A DNA stretch of 64,000 nucleotides, from the NCBI GenBank assembly GCA_041690395.1, contig JAWLHJ010000003.1:576001-640000 (forward strand), given 5' to 3'. A program made the translations under genes and the position numbers. Below the pieces are notes generated by a model, which saw only the letters and a list, made by a program, of their open reading frames with translations, was not told the origin of the DNA and did not search any database. Below are positions 37,905 to 47,709 of the stretch, piece by piece; the stretch's first letter is position 1; each line of letters starts with the position of its first letter. The stretch is from Longimicrobiales bacterium. Lineage in GTDB: Bacteria > Gemmatimonadota > Gemmatimonadetes > Longimicrobiales > Gaopeijiaceae.

Positions 37905-39253
37905 CGGCGCACGGCCCGCTCCGACGAGCCGCCGTCGGTGTCCCTCGACTCCAGCGACGCGGCCCAGTCGAGCCGGGGTGGGTCGTCGCCGAAGCGCGCG
38001 TCCTCGGCCACGAGGCGTTCGGGCGGTAGCGCGTCGAGCGTGACGCCCTCCCGCTCGGCCGCGCGGACCAGGCGTCCGACGGTTTCGTGCGCCGTACGGA
38101 ACGGTACGCCTCTGCGGACCAGGTGGTCGGCCAGGTCCGTGGCCAGCATGACGGTGTCGAGGGCGTCGCGCATGGCTTCGGGGCGGAACTCCGCCGTACG
38201 GAGGGCACCGGCGACCGCGGGGAGCGTGAGCAGAAGGGTGTCGACGGTGTCGAAGAGGGGCGCCTTGTCCTCCTGCAGATCCCGGTTGTACCCGGTGGGC
38301 AGTCCCTTCACGAGTACCAGCAGCGAGGTCAGGGCGCCGACCAGACGGGCCGACTTGCCGCGGGCCAGCTCGGCCACGTCGGGATTCCGCTTTTGCGGCA
38401 TGAGGCTCGAGCCGGTGCTGTACTCGTCGGACAGCCGGAGGAAGCCGAACTCGGCGCTGGTGAAGAGCACGATGTCCTCGGACAGCCTCGAGAGGTGCAC
38501 GCCAATCATGGCTCCCGCGTACGCCAGGTCACACATCCAGTCGCGGTCCGACACGGCGTCGAGGGAGCTCTCGGAGACGCGGCGGAAGCCGAGCTCGGCC
38601 CGGAGGGCCTCCCGGTCGACCGGGAACGGGCAGCCGGCCAGCGCACCGGACCCCAGCGGCAGAACGGAGGCCGCCTCCTCGGCCGCCCGCAGACGGTCGA
38701 GGTCACGCAGGAACGCGAACAGGTGCGCCAGAGCCCACTGGGCAGCGCGCACGGGCTGCGCCCGCTGTAGGTGCGTGTAACCCGGCATGGGGTGGTCGAC
38801 GCCCCGTTCCGCCAGGCCGTGGAGCGCACGGACGACCTCGACGAGCCCCTCGCGTATGCGACCGATCGCGGCCATCCCCCAGAGCCTGGTGTCGGTCGCG
38901 GACTGGTCGTTCCGGGAGCGGCCGGTGTGCAGCTTGCCCGCGACGCCCCCGACTTCCTCCCGGAGCATACGCTCCACGACCGAATGGATGTCCTCCTCCG
39001 GCGCGTCGGCGAGCCCGTCGCGCTCGATCCGTTCCGCCACGCCCGCGAGCCCGACGGTCAGGCGCTCGACCTCTTCCGGGGTGAGCACACCCGCCCCACC
39101 GAGGGCCCGCGCCCACGCAACGCTGCCGCGTACGTCTTCCCGCCAGAGCCGCTGGTCGACGTCGAGGCTCAGGTTCAGGCGCTCCATGTCGGTGGACATG
39201 CCCTGCTCGAAGCGACCGCCCCAGAGCGGCGCGTCCCCTCCGTCGCGGCTCAT
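37787..39253 (-). CDS. argH: Argininosuccinate lyase
   Basis: [38 protein letters not shown]. Confidence 0.95.
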   Translation of the reverse strand: MSRDGGDAPLWGGRFEQGMSTDMERLNLSLDVDQRLWREDVRGSVAWARALGGAGVLTPEEVERLTVGLAGVAERIERDGLADAPEEDIHSVVERMLREEVGGVAGKLHTGRSRNDQSATDTRLWGMAAIGRIREGLVEVVRALHGLAERGVDHPMPGYTHLQRAQPVRAAQWALAHLFAFLRDLDRLRAAEEAASVLPLGSGALAGCPFPVDREALRAELGFRRVSESSLDAVSDRDWMCDLAYAGAMIGVHLSRLSEDIVLFTSAEFGFLRLSDEYSTGSSLMPQKRNPDVAELARGKSARLVGALTSLLVLVKGLPTGYNRDLQEDKAPLFDTVDTLLLTLPAVAGALRTAEFRPEAMRDALDTVMLATDLADHLVRRGVPFRTAHETVGRLVRAAEREGVTLDALPPERLVAEDARFGDDPPRLDWAASLESRDTDGGSSERAVRRQLALAAERIEAERSDLPAASTKGRSPSMSASNASKSSD

Positions 39254-40452
39254 CCGTCAGCCTGCTCGTCGCGCCGCGCCGCCGCGCGAATCGGCAATCC
39301 GAACAGACGGATGAAGCCGGCCGCGTCCGCGTGGTCGTACGTCGCAGCGTGGCCGAAGCTGGCGAGGTCCTCGCGGTAGAGCGACGTCGGGCTCGATCGT
39401 CCCACCACCCGCGCCGAGCCCTTGAGAAGCTTGAGCCGCACGGTTCCGTTCACCGGCTCCATGAGTCGGTCGGTGAGCGCCTGAATGCCCTCGCGCTCGG
39501 GGGTCCACCACCGCCCCTCGTACACGAGGTCCGCCCAGCGCCGGGCCACCTCGTCCTTGAGCGCCTCCGTCCGGCGGTCGAGCGTGATCGACTCGAGGTC
39601 ACGGAGCGCCTGATAGAGGAGCGTGCCGCCCGGAGTCTCGTACACCCCGCGCGACTTCATGCCGACCAGCCGGTTCTCGACGAGGTCCGCGCGGCCGATG
39701 CCGTGTCTGGACCCGAGGTCGTTCAGGCTCGTGAGCAAAGTCACGGCATCCATCCGCTCGCCGTTCACGGACACCGGCGTGCCGGCCTCGAAGCCGATCT
39801 CCACGTACTCCGGTGCGTCGGGCGCGTCTTCCGGCGCGGTGGTCCAGGTGAACATCTCCGGCTCCGGCTCCAACGACGGGTCCTCGAGGGGACCGCCCTC
39901 GTGCGAGATGTGCCACAGGTTCTCGTCACGTGAGTAGAGCTTCACCTCGTCGACACCCGTCAACTTGATTCCGCGGGCACGGGCGTAGGCGAGCGCGTCC
40001 TCCCTCGAGCGGATATCCCACTCCCGCCAGGGTGCGATGATCCGGAGGTCGGGCGCGAGCGCCGCATATGTGAGCTCGAAGCGCACCTGGTCGTTCCCCT
40101 TCCCCGTGCACCCGTGGGCCAGGGCGTCGGCGCCCACCCGGAGCGCCACGTCCACCTGGGCCTTCGCGAGGATGGGACGGGCCATCGCCGTCCCGAGCAG
40201 GTAGGTGCGCCCGTACACGGCGCCCACGCGCAACGTCGGCCACACATACTCCTCGACGAACACCTTCCGCAGATCCACACCGTGGAAGGCCGAAGCGCCC
40301 GTCGCGAGCGCCTTCTCCTCCAGCCCCTCGAGCCCGCCCTTCTGCCCGACGTCGCCGGCCATGCATACGACATCGGCGTCGTACGTCTCGCGGAGCCAGG
40401 GCACGATGACGGAGGTGTCGAGACCACCCGAGTAGCCGAGCACGACCTTCAT
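39250..40452 (-). CDS. argG: Argininosuccinate synthase
   Basis: YSGGLDTS, HGCTGKGNDQVRFE, ENRLVGMKSRGVYETPG. Confidence 0.97.
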   Translation of the reverse strand: MKVVLGYSGGLDTSVIVPWLRETYDADVVCMAGDVGQKGGLEGLEEKALATGASAFHGVDLRKVFVEEYVWPTLRVGAVYGRTYLLGTAMARPILAKAQVDVALRVGADALAHGCTGKGNDQVRFELTYAALAPDLRIIAPWREWDIRSREDALAYARARGIKLTGVDEVKLYSRDENLWHISHEGGPLEDPSLEPEPEMFTWTTAPEDAPDAPEYVEIGFEAGTPVSVNGERMDAVTLLTSLNDLGSRHGIGRADLVENRLVGMKSRGVYETPGGTLLYQALRDLESITLDRRTEALKDEVARRWADLVYEGRWWTPEREGIQALTDRLMEPVNGTVRLKLLKGSARVVGRSSPTSLYREDLASFGHAATYDHADAAGFIRLFGLPIRAAARRDEQADG

Positions 40453-40498
40453 GTCATCTTCCTCACTTCATTGGATGGGTGGCGGGTGTCAGGTACAC

Positions 40499-40628
40499 AA
40501 AAAAAGAGGCCCGGGGGCTGGAAGACCGGTCACTTCCCGCCAAAGTGCCGGGGGGCCTCGTGCCCCGAACTCCCGCCCCCGGTCCCCTTTCGGAGTCCCG
40601 TGGCGTCGCGTCAGCCGTGCTGACGACG
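40499..40628 (-). promoter_or_regulatory. Structured argG 5' leader with a terminator-like stem plus U7 tract and a competing helix
   Basis: GAGGCCC/GGGCCTC followed by T7; alternative pairing CCGGGGGCGGGAG / CTTCCAGCCCCCGG. Confidence 0.55.
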
Positions 40629-40631
40629 TAT

Positions 40632-40667
40632 GTTGGATAATTATGCATCCAATCTGTATGGAGTCAA
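40632..40667 (-). promoter_or_regulatory. argG promoter (TTGACT-N16-CATAAT) overlapped by an ARG box
   Basis: TGCATAATTATCCA (40647-40634) matches the ArgR operator core; argR is adjacent. Confidence 0.75.
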
Positions 40668-40688
40668 GGGTGTGTCGTGGCGCGACGA

Positions 40689-41135
40689 CTACCGCGCCAT
40701 ACGTTCGAGGCGCTCCTTTACCGTACCAAGGACCTCCGGGTCCCGCAGAACGAGCAGAATGGTATCGTCGCCGGCGAGGGTGCCCAGCACCTCGGGCCAC
40801 TCCTCCCAGTCGATTCCGGCGGCCACGGTCTGCGCTCCGCCCTTCATGGTGCGCACGACGAGCAGGTGATCGACCCCCTCGGCGCTGTGGAAGAGCGTCG
40901 GGAGCAGCGACTCGAGCGGCGGCGTCCCTTCCCAGTCGTCCGGGACCGCATAGTGGGGCGCCCCGTCCGCCCCGGGGACCTTCACGAGCCTGAGCTCGCG
41001 GATGTCCCGGGACAGCGTCGCCTGCGTCACGTCCGTGCCGCGCTCGACGAGAAGGGTCCGAAGCCCTTCCTGGCTGTTGACGCGATGCTCGCGCAGGATC
41101 TCGAGGATGAGCTGGTGACGGTCCCGCTTGCTCAC
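40689..41135 (-). CDS. argR: Arginine repressor
   Basis: VTQATLSRDIREL, GTLAGDDT. Confidence 0.95.
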   Translation of the reverse strand: MSKRDRHQLILEILREHRVNSQEGLRTLLVERGTDVTQATLSRDIRELRLVKVPGADGAPHYAVPDDWEGTPPLESLLPTLFHSAEGVDHLLVVRTMKGGAQTVAAGIDWEEWPEVLGTLAGDDTILLVLRDPEVLGTVKERLERMAR

Positions 41136-41581
41136 GCCACGGCCCGCGCCGCGAAGTCCCGTAGGCGCTCGGGCTCGAAGCCGACACTCCGCTCCGCCTC
41201 CTCCCCGGCAGAGAAGAGGATGACTGTCGGGATGCTCCGGATGCCGTACCGACCCGCGACCTCCGGGGCACGATCCGTGTCGACCTTCACCACGAGCATC
41301 TTCCCCACGTGCTCATGGGCGAACTCGTCCATGAGGGGCGCCACCATGCGGCAGGGGCCGCACCAGTCGGCGTAGAAGTCGACCATGACCGGCACGCCGG
41401 CCCCCAGCACCGTGCGGTCGAAGTCGTCCTCGGCCACCTTGAGGGGCCGATCCAGGAGCATCGGCTTCGAGCACTCCCCGCACTGCGGCCGGTCCGCCGC
41501 ACGCGCCACCTCGACCTGGTTCAGCTTCCCACAGAAACCGCATCGGACCGTCGCCTGTCCGTCCGTTCTCTTCGTCGACAT
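41132..41581 (-). CDS. trxC: Thioredoxin 2 with N-terminal zinc finger
   Basis: CGFC..CGEC plus WCGPC. Confidence 0.88.
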   Translation of the reverse strand: MSTKRTDGQATVRCGFCGKLNQVEVARAADRPQCGECSKPMLLDRPLKVAEDDFDRTVLGAGVPVMVDFYADWCGPCRMVAPLMDEFAHEHVGKMLVVKVDTDRAPEVAGRYGIRSIPTVILFSAGEEAERSVGFEPERLRDFAARAVA

Positions 41582-41642
41582 CCGTCCTCTCTCGTCTGAT
41601 TACGTCCGACCGCCAACGACTGAATATGGCGCAAGGACGCCG

Positions 41643-41686
41643 GAGGGGGGACGGGTGCGACGCACCGGCCGCCCCGTCCCCCCCTC
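41643..41686 (-). terminator. Hairpin downstream of the TonB receptor
   Basis: gaggggggacggg / cccgtcccccctc inverted repeat. Confidence 0.5.
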
Positions 41687-41689
41687 GAA

Positions 41690-44473
41690 TCAGAAGATCT
41701 CGTACCGCAGCCGGAGCATCGCGAAGCGACCCATGGTCGGGACACCGACGAACGAGCGGTATCCGGTGTCGAAGATATTGTTGACCGAGAGCTGAAGCGT
41801 CGCGGCCGTGCCGGGAACCTGGTATCCCACGTTCAGGTCGAAGATCGTGAAGTCGTCGACGCACGGCTCGGAGAACTCGCTCGGCGCCACCCCGGGGATG
41901 CACTCGTTCCCAACGTAGCCGGCCGATTCGGCGGGGAATCCGGCAGAGAAGCGAGCCCGACCGTTGGCGGACAGGCCCGTCCGCACGTTCCGGTACGCGA
42001 GCCCGAGCGACCCCTTGTGCTTCGGCGCGTTGAGCGCGATCGGGGCACCGCCCTCGATCTCGAAGTAGTCGTCGCTCACCCACGAATACGTGCCGTTGAC
42101 GGTCCACTCGTCGTTCACGAAGGCCTGGATCGCGAAGTCGCTCCCCCAGAGATCGAGGTCGCCCACGTTCCGGTAGGTGACGATCAGGTCGGCCGCCTGG
42201 GCGCCGACCTCGTCGGAGGACACGACGCCGGCCGGGATCTGAGCGATGACCGGCGCGAGCGCGGCGGCCGTGGCCTGCGCCTGAGCGGGATCCATGCCGT
42301 CCTGGATGAACCGCGTCGCGATGAAGGTACCCACGTCCTGGCCGTTCAGCAGGAGCAACGGCGTCTGGACCTGCAGCGGCGATACGAAGTCGTTTTTCTG
42401 CATGTAGTAGACGTCCGCCGTGATCTTCACCCTGTCGTTCAGCACCCCGGTCCATCCGATCTCGTAGGTCTCGGTGTAGCTCTCCGCGATGCCGGGCACG
42501 TCGGGAATGCGCGTCGACGCCAGCGGGCTCAGCTCGCCCGGATTGTTCACGTCGAGGAGCATGCGCGCGATGTCGCCGTTCGTCGGATCCCAACCGCTCA
42601 TCTGCGCCGCCATCTGCGGGCTGATCGCGCTCTGGGCCTGGAGCACGCCGATGAGGAGATCCCACATGATGCCGACATCCGCCGGCAGCAACTGCCCCGC
42701 ACCCCCGAACTCGGCGGGATTGAACGGCGAGCGCATCCCGCGCAGCGTGCCGTCGGGGTCCTGAAAGGAATAGCCGTCCTTCCCGGTGCCGTAGGCCCGG
42801 GTCGTGTACCCCAGCTGACCCAGGGTCGACGGTGCCGCGCCGCCGGAGATGTCGAGGAAGAAGTTCAAGCTCGACGGCGTGGAGAAGGCGCGGTTGTAGG
42901 TCGCCCGGAAACTCTGTTCCTCGGTCGGGCTGAACACCAGCGCCGCCCTCGGAGAGAACACGTTGTCGTCCAGCAGCGAGTGCGAGTCGAGGCGCGCCGC
43001 CACGATGAAGTCGAGCTGGTCGGTCAGCGCGGTCTTGGACTGCACGTACGCGCCCCACTCGTCGATGTCGTCCTCGTCCTCGTAAGAACCGTTGATGCTC
43101 CCCTCGGTATCCGGGCGCGTCGCGAAGAAGTCGACGCCGTAGGTGAAGTCCTGACGGCCGTCGGCCAGGGCGAGGCCGTGCTGGCCCTGGGCGACGAAGA
43201 GCGTCGACTTGTCGATCAGCGGAACCCCGTCGCGCAGGAGCCAGGTGTCACCGGCGTCGCTGCGGTTGTAGTACGCCTGCGTGAAGAAGCGCCCCTTGTT
43301 CAGCCGCGCCTGGAAGTAGTCGTAGACCCAGTCGCTGGTCTGCCCGGCGCCGAGCCCGGTCAGCTCGATGCCGGTCGCGCTGGTACGGCCGTAGGTCCCC
43401 ACGAGCGTGCCGTCATCGGCGAACCGCCAGTCCGCGCGCGCCTCGAGCCCGTACCGGCTGATGTCGAAATCACGGATACCCACACGGGCGCACGCCTGCT
43501 CGGCCACCGCGGTCGAAAATCCACGGATCGCTTTGTCCTGGAGGCACGCCGGCTCCGACTGCTCCCGGGCCTCCTGCTCCACCGGATCGGTATAGGGCCA
43601 CTCCGTTCCGGACAGGTACTGACCGGAGAGCTTGACCCCGAAGTCTTCCGCGACGAGAAGGGCAGTTCGGAACGTCCCCTGGAAGACATCACGCTCACCC
43701 GCGCCGAGCGTCACCGTGGTCTCCTGGTCGTCGAGCGGCGACTTGGTCAGGATGTGCACCACGCCGTTCGCCGTGTTCGGCCCATAGAGCGCCGAGCCGG
43801 GTCCGAGCACGACCTCCATCCGGTCGACGTCCTCGTCGTTGGAGGGGAGGAAGTGCATGAGGTTCACCCGCAGCGACGGCACGCCGGCGAGCCGGTGGTC
43901 CGTGAGCATGTGGAGGCCCCCGGAGAAGATGTTGTTGAAGCCTCGGACGACCACGTTGGTCGACTGCACGCCCTGCGTGATGATGTCGACGCCCGGTGCG
44001 CCTTTCAGGTGGTCGGCGAGCGTGGCCGCCGGACGCTCGGTGATCTCGGCCGAGCTTACGTTGTACGTGGACGCGGGCGCCTCCGTGGACTTCTCGGGCG
44101 TGCCGCGGGACGCCGTGATCACGAGGGCATCGAGCTCCTGGGCCTGGGAGAGCAGCTCCATGTCATACGTGGTGGTCTGACCGGCCGACACGGTGACTCC
44201 GTCGAACCGCGTGGTCCGGTATCCCACGACCGTGACGGTGAGGTCGTAGCCGCCCGGAGGGAGGCCGATCCGGTAGCGGCCCTGATTGTCGCTCAGCGTC
44301 CCCGTGGCCTGACCGGCGCCGAGCACCTGAATCTGAGCGGCGGAGATCGGGGCGCCCGTCTCCGCGTTGGTGACGGTCCCGGTCAGGGTGCCCTGCTGAG
44401 CGGCGACCGCGCCGGCGAAGGCGAGGACCGCCGCGGTCGCAGCGACCAGGGATCCAACGAAACGTGCGGACAT
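41690..44473 (-). CDS. TonB-dependent receptor
   Basis: Signal peptide, carboxypeptidase-regulatory-like domain, RGFN..DVDRMEVVLGPGSALYG, NNIFD, terminal YEIF. Confidence 0.92.
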   Translation of the reverse strand: MSARFVGSLVAATAAVLAFAGAVAAQQGTLTGTVTNAETGAPISAAQIQVLGAGQATGTLSDNQGRYRIGLPPGGYDLTVTVVGYRTTRFDGVTVSAGQTTTYDMELLSQAQELDALVITASRGTPEKSTEAPASTYNVSSAEITERPAATLADHLKGAPGVDIITQGVQSTNVVVRGFNNIFSGGLHMLTDHRLAGVPSLRVNLMHFLPSNDEDVDRMEVVLGPGSALYGPNTANGVVHILTKSPLDDQETTVTLGAGERDVFQGTFRTALLVAEDFGVKLSGQYLSGTEWPYTDPVEQEAREQSEPACLQDKAIRGFSTAVAEQACARVGIRDFDISRYGLEARADWRFADDGTLVGTYGRTSATGIELTGLGAGQTSDWVYDYFQARLNKGRFFTQAYYNRSDAGDTWLLRDGVPLIDKSTLFVAQGQHGLALADGRQDFTYGVDFFATRPDTEGSINGSYEDEDDIDEWGAYVQSKTALTDQLDFIVAARLDSHSLLDDNVFSPRAALVFSPTEEQSFRATYNRAFSTPSSLNFFLDISGGAAPSTLGQLGYTTRAYGTGKDGYSFQDPDGTLRGMRSPFNPAEFGGAGQLLPADVGIMWDLLIGVLQAQSAISPQMAAQMSGWDPTNGDIARMLLDVNNPGELSPLASTRIPDVPGIAESYTETYEIGWTGVLNDRVKITADVYYMQKNDFVSPLQVQTPLLLLNGQDVGTFIATRFIQDGMDPAQAQATAAALAPVIAQIPAGVVSSDEVGAQAADLIVTYRNVGDLDLWGSDFAIQAFVNDEWTVNGTYSWVSDDYFEIEGGAPIALNAPKHKGSLGLAYRNVRTGLSANGRARFSAGFPAESAGYVGNECIPGVAPSEFSEPCVDDFTIFDLNVGYQVPGTAATLQLSVNNIFDTGYRSFVGVPTMGRFAMLRLRYEIF

Positions 44474-44612
44474 GGGGCCTCACACCGTGATTGGACAGGC
44501 GTGCGCGCAGGGTGGCGAACTCACTACGAAGCTACCGCTCCGGCGGTGCCCGGTGCAATCGAAATCTGCATCGGGGTGGCCTCGCGAGGGACGTCCCGAC
44601 ATCATCGTGGGC

Positions 44613-45578
44613 ATGAAGACTCCGCCATTCACCAGGACCCGACTCGAGGAGGCCCGCGCCGACCTCGGCCACGCCGTCCACCGGACCCCTCTCATCCACT
44701 CGACGACGCTGTCCGAGGTGGCCGGCGTCCCCGTGCACCTCAAGTGCGAGAACCTCCAGAAGACCGGCTCGTTCAAGGTGCGTGGCGCGCTGCACCGCAT
44801 CCGGCAGCTCGATGCACGAGAACGCGAGCGGGGCGTGATCACGATCTCCGCGGGCAATCACGCCCAGGCGGTCGCTTGGGCGGCCTCCGCGGCGGGGGTC
44901 GCGAGCACGGTGGTCATGCCCGAGGCCGCCTCCCGTACGAAGGCGCGCGCGAGCCGCGGCTACGGCGCGGAGGTGATTCTGCACGGCACGCCCGGAGAGG
45001 CGTTCGAAAAGGCCTTCGAGCTGGCCGAGGAACGGGACCTGACCTTCGTGCATCCGTTCGACGACGAGCACGTGGTCGCAGGTCACGCCAGCTGCATGCT
45101 CGAGATCCTCGAGGACCTTCCGGACGTAGGGACCGTGCTGGTCCCGGTCGGAGGCGGCGGGCTCGCGTCCGGCATCGCGTCGGCGGCGGCCGTGAAGGCG
45201 CCGGACGTGGCCGTGTGGTGCGTCGAGCCGGAGGGCGCGGCGGCGATGCACCGGAGCTTCGAGCTCGGCCGGGCCGTTCAGCTCGACTCGGTGTCCACCG
45301 TGGCCGACGGGCTCAAGGCACCCATGGCCGGGAAGCTGAACTTCGAGATCCTGCGGGAGTGGTCCCGTGGCGTCGTCCTGGTCGACGACGACGCGATCGT
45401 CTCGGCCATGAAGCTCCTGCTCGAGCGGACGAAGCTACTCGCCGAGCCCGGCGGCGCGGCGGGCCTCGCCGCGCTCCTGACCGGCGCGACCCCCGACCCG
45501 CGCGGGCCGGTGGTCGTCGTGCTGAGCGGCGGGAACGTCGACGCCGAGCTCCTCGGGACGTTGTTACTCGACGGCTAG
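44613..45578 (+). CDS. PLP-dependent threonine/serine dehydratase (no regulatory domain)
   Basis: KCENLQKTGSFKVRG, SAGNH, PVGGGGL, SGGN. Confidence 0.9.
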   Translation: MKTPPFTRTRLEEARADLGHAVHRTPLIHSTTLSEVAGVPVHLKCENLQKTGSFKVRGALHRIRQLDARERERGVITISAGNHAQAVAWAASAAGVASTVVMPEAASRTKARASRGYGAEVILHGTPGEAFEKAFELAEERDLTFVHPFDDEHVVAGHASCMLEILEDLPDVGTVLVPVGGGGLASGIASAAAVKAPDVAVWCVEPEGAAAMHRSFELGRAVQLDSVSTVADGLKAPMAGKLNFEILREWSRGVVLVDDDAIVSAMKLLLERTKLLAEPGGAAGLAALLTGATPDPRGPVVVVLSGGNVDAELLGTLLLDG

Positions 45579-46013
45579 CAGCTCGACGTCGAAGATCAGG
45601 ATTCCTTCCGACCCCCTGCGGAAGTAGGCCAGCTGGGGCGGAATCACGAGCTTGCGCTCGCCGCCGACCCGCATGCCCCGGACACCTTCATTGAACCCTG
45701 CGATGACCTGGTCCATGTCGATCTCGAACGAGATCTCCCCTGAATCGAGCGTCGCTCCGCTCCGGTAGCGAACCAGGTATGCGACCGTCACCTGCGACCC
45801 CGGCTCCGCCAGCGCGCCGTCCCCCACCACCAGGTCCTGGTAGTAGAGTCCCGAGTCCGTCCGCGTCATCGCCTCGAGATCGACGTCCAGCGACTCGTGG
45901 AAGAGGGCCGTCTCGATCCGCTCGAACTGGGGCGCGGTCGCGCTCGAGCACGCACCGAGCACCAGGACGGCACCACAGGCCACACCCCATCCCCACCGCT
46001 TCAACATGTCCAT
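45564..46013 (-). CDS. FKBP-type peptidyl-prolyl isomerase lipoprotein
   Basis: Lipobox LGAC; VIAGFNEG..GMRVGGERKLVIPPQLAY. Confidence 0.88.
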   Translation of the reverse strand: MDMLKRWGWGVACGAVLVLGACSSATAPQFERIETALFHESLDVDLEAMTRTDSGLYYQDLVVGDGALAEPGSQVTVAYLVRYRSGATLDSGEISFEIDMDQVIAGFNEGVRGMRVGGERKLVIPPQLAYFRRGSEGILIFDVELLAVE

Positions 46014-46023
46014 TCTCCGTTGG

Positions 46024-47595
46024 TCATGACGTCGGGCCCCGGCCCCCGAGCATCCGCTCGAGAAGCGCGGGATCTCCCTGGATCGCCGAGCGACGCTGGT
46101 AGAGCCTGAGGCCGGACAGGCCTCCGAGCTCGGAACCGTTTCCGGCCCGGCCCGGCCCGCCGTGCATCAGGGCGGGGATCACCATGCCGGAGCCGAGGGC
46201 GGCACCGGCGACACCGCTGGACCCCAGGTAGATCCGTCCGTTCCACTGCGCGAACCGGGTCACGACACCTTCGAGCCACTCCGGGTCGTCACCGTACGCG
46301 CTGGCCACGAGGCTTCCCCGGCCGAGCGCCACCAGCTCCGCGGCGTCCTCGGGCGTCCCGTCGTACGGCAGAATCGACGAGACCGGCCCGAACACCTCCC
46401 GCTGATGGACCACCGTCGCGGCCCGGGCGTCGTCGAAGCGCACGAGCGTGGGACGCACGTAGTACCCCTTCCCCTCGGGCGCGCCGACGCCGTCGACGGG
46501 CTCCGAGCCACCGAGCAGCACGGTGCCCTCGGCAGCCAGCGCGTCGATGCCCTGGCGGTTGTCGCGCAGCTGACGCGCGCTCGTGACCGGGCCCATGGTG
46601 ACCGACGGGTCCGCCGTGTTTCCGACGACGACCTCCTCGAGGCGGGCCACCAGGTCCGCCGCGACACGCTCCACCTGATCGGCCGGCACGAAGATGCGCC
46701 GGACCGCGGTGCACTTCTGGCCGGCCTTCTGGGTGATCTCGCGAACGACGTCCTTCAAGAAGAGCCCGTAGAGGTCGGAGTCGGGATCGACGCCCGGGGC
46801 CAGGACCGCGCTGTTCAGCGAATCCGCCTCGACGTTCACGGTCACGTTGCGCTCGAGGATCTCCGGCATGGAGCGGAGATGCAGCCCGGTATCGGCGGAC
46901 CCGGTGAACGCCAGCACGTCCTGCTCACCGAGGTGCGACAGGAGGTCGCCCGGCGCGCCGCAGACGAGTTGCACCGACCCCTCCGGCAGGACGCCGGCCT
47001 CGTCGAGAATCTGGATCATGCGCCACGTGACGAGCGCGGTGCTCGTGGCCGGCTTCACGATGACCGGCATCCCCGCGAGCAGCGCGCACGCCGCCTTCTC
47101 GCCGAAGCCCCAGCCCGGGAAGTTGAACGCGTTGACCAGGACCGCCACGCCCTCCTTCGGCACCAGCACGTGCCGCCCCGCCCAGTCACCGTCCCGCGAG
47201 AGCGGAACCGAGTCGCCGTCGGGCATCAGCCTGGCGTCGCCCAACCCCTTCCCGAAGTGCGCGTAGGCGGCGAGCGTCCCGGTGGCGCCGTCGACGTCGA
47301 ACTTGGCGTCGCCCTTGGTGTTGCCGCCGTTCCTCTTGGCCATGTCGAGGAGCTCGTCACGGTGTTCGCCGAGCGCCTTGGAGATCGCCTTGAGGAGCGC
47401 CGCCCGGTCACCGAGCGTCAGCGCCCTGAGCGCCGGCCCGCCGACCTCACGAGCGTACCGGACCGCCGCGGCCAGATCGAGGCCCTCCGTGGAGGTTTCC
47501 GCGATCGGCTCCTCGGTCGAGGGATTCACGAGGACGGACGGCTCGCCGGAGCCTTCCTGCCAGCGGCCGTTCACGAAGCTCTTGAGCGTGATCAT
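46024..47595 (-). CDS. PaaZ/BoxD-like aldehyde dehydrogenase (3,4-dehydroadipyl-CoA semialdehyde dehydrogenase family)
   Basis: NAFNFP, FTGS, EADSLN, GQKCTA, EVFGPV, HGGPGRAG. Confidence 0.85.
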   Translation of the reverse strand: MITLKSFVNGRWQEGSGEPSVLVNPSTEEPIAETSTEGLDLAAAVRYAREVGGPALRALTLGDRAALLKAISKALGEHRDELLDMAKRNGGNTKGDAKFDVDGATGTLAAYAHFGKGLGDARLMPDGDSVPLSRDGDWAGRHVLVPKEGVAVLVNAFNFPGWGFGEKAACALLAGMPVIVKPATSTALVTWRMIQILDEAGVLPEGSVQLVCGAPGDLLSHLGEQDVLAFTGSADTGLHLRSMPEILERNVTVNVEADSLNSAVLAPGVDPDSDLYGLFLKDVVREITQKAGQKCTAVRRIFVPADQVERVAADLVARLEEVVVGNTADPSVTMGPVTSARQLRDNRQGIDALAAEGTVLLGGSEPVDGVGAPEGKGYYVRPTLVRFDDARAATVVHQREVFGPVSSILPYDGTPEDAAELVALGRGSLVASAYGDDPEWLEGVVTRFAQWNGRIYLGSSGVAGAALGSGMVIPALMHGGPGRAGNGSELGGLSGLRLYQRRSAIQGDPALLERMLGGRGPTS

Positions 47596-47709
47596 GTCTC
47601 GGGTCCACTCCGGAATGTGCGATACGGGGACCCGAACAGTAGAACGAGGGCCGGAGCGGACAAGGGGGCGCGGCTCGTAGCGCGCCCCCCCGGTCCTACC
47701 CCGCCGTGG

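Noticed and set aside
40463..40648. 61-aa ORF upstream of argG as a leader peptide
   Set aside because: Its ATG lies inside the -10/ARG box, so the local promoter would not transcribe it; it has no Arg cluster.
42017..45694. 1225-aa plus-strand ORF and other long ORFs such as 88-2880, 46162-48858 and 54810-57674
   Set aside because: Antisense or off-frame shadows of well-supported genes; Arg/Pro/Gly-rich with no motifs, as expected in high-GC DNA.
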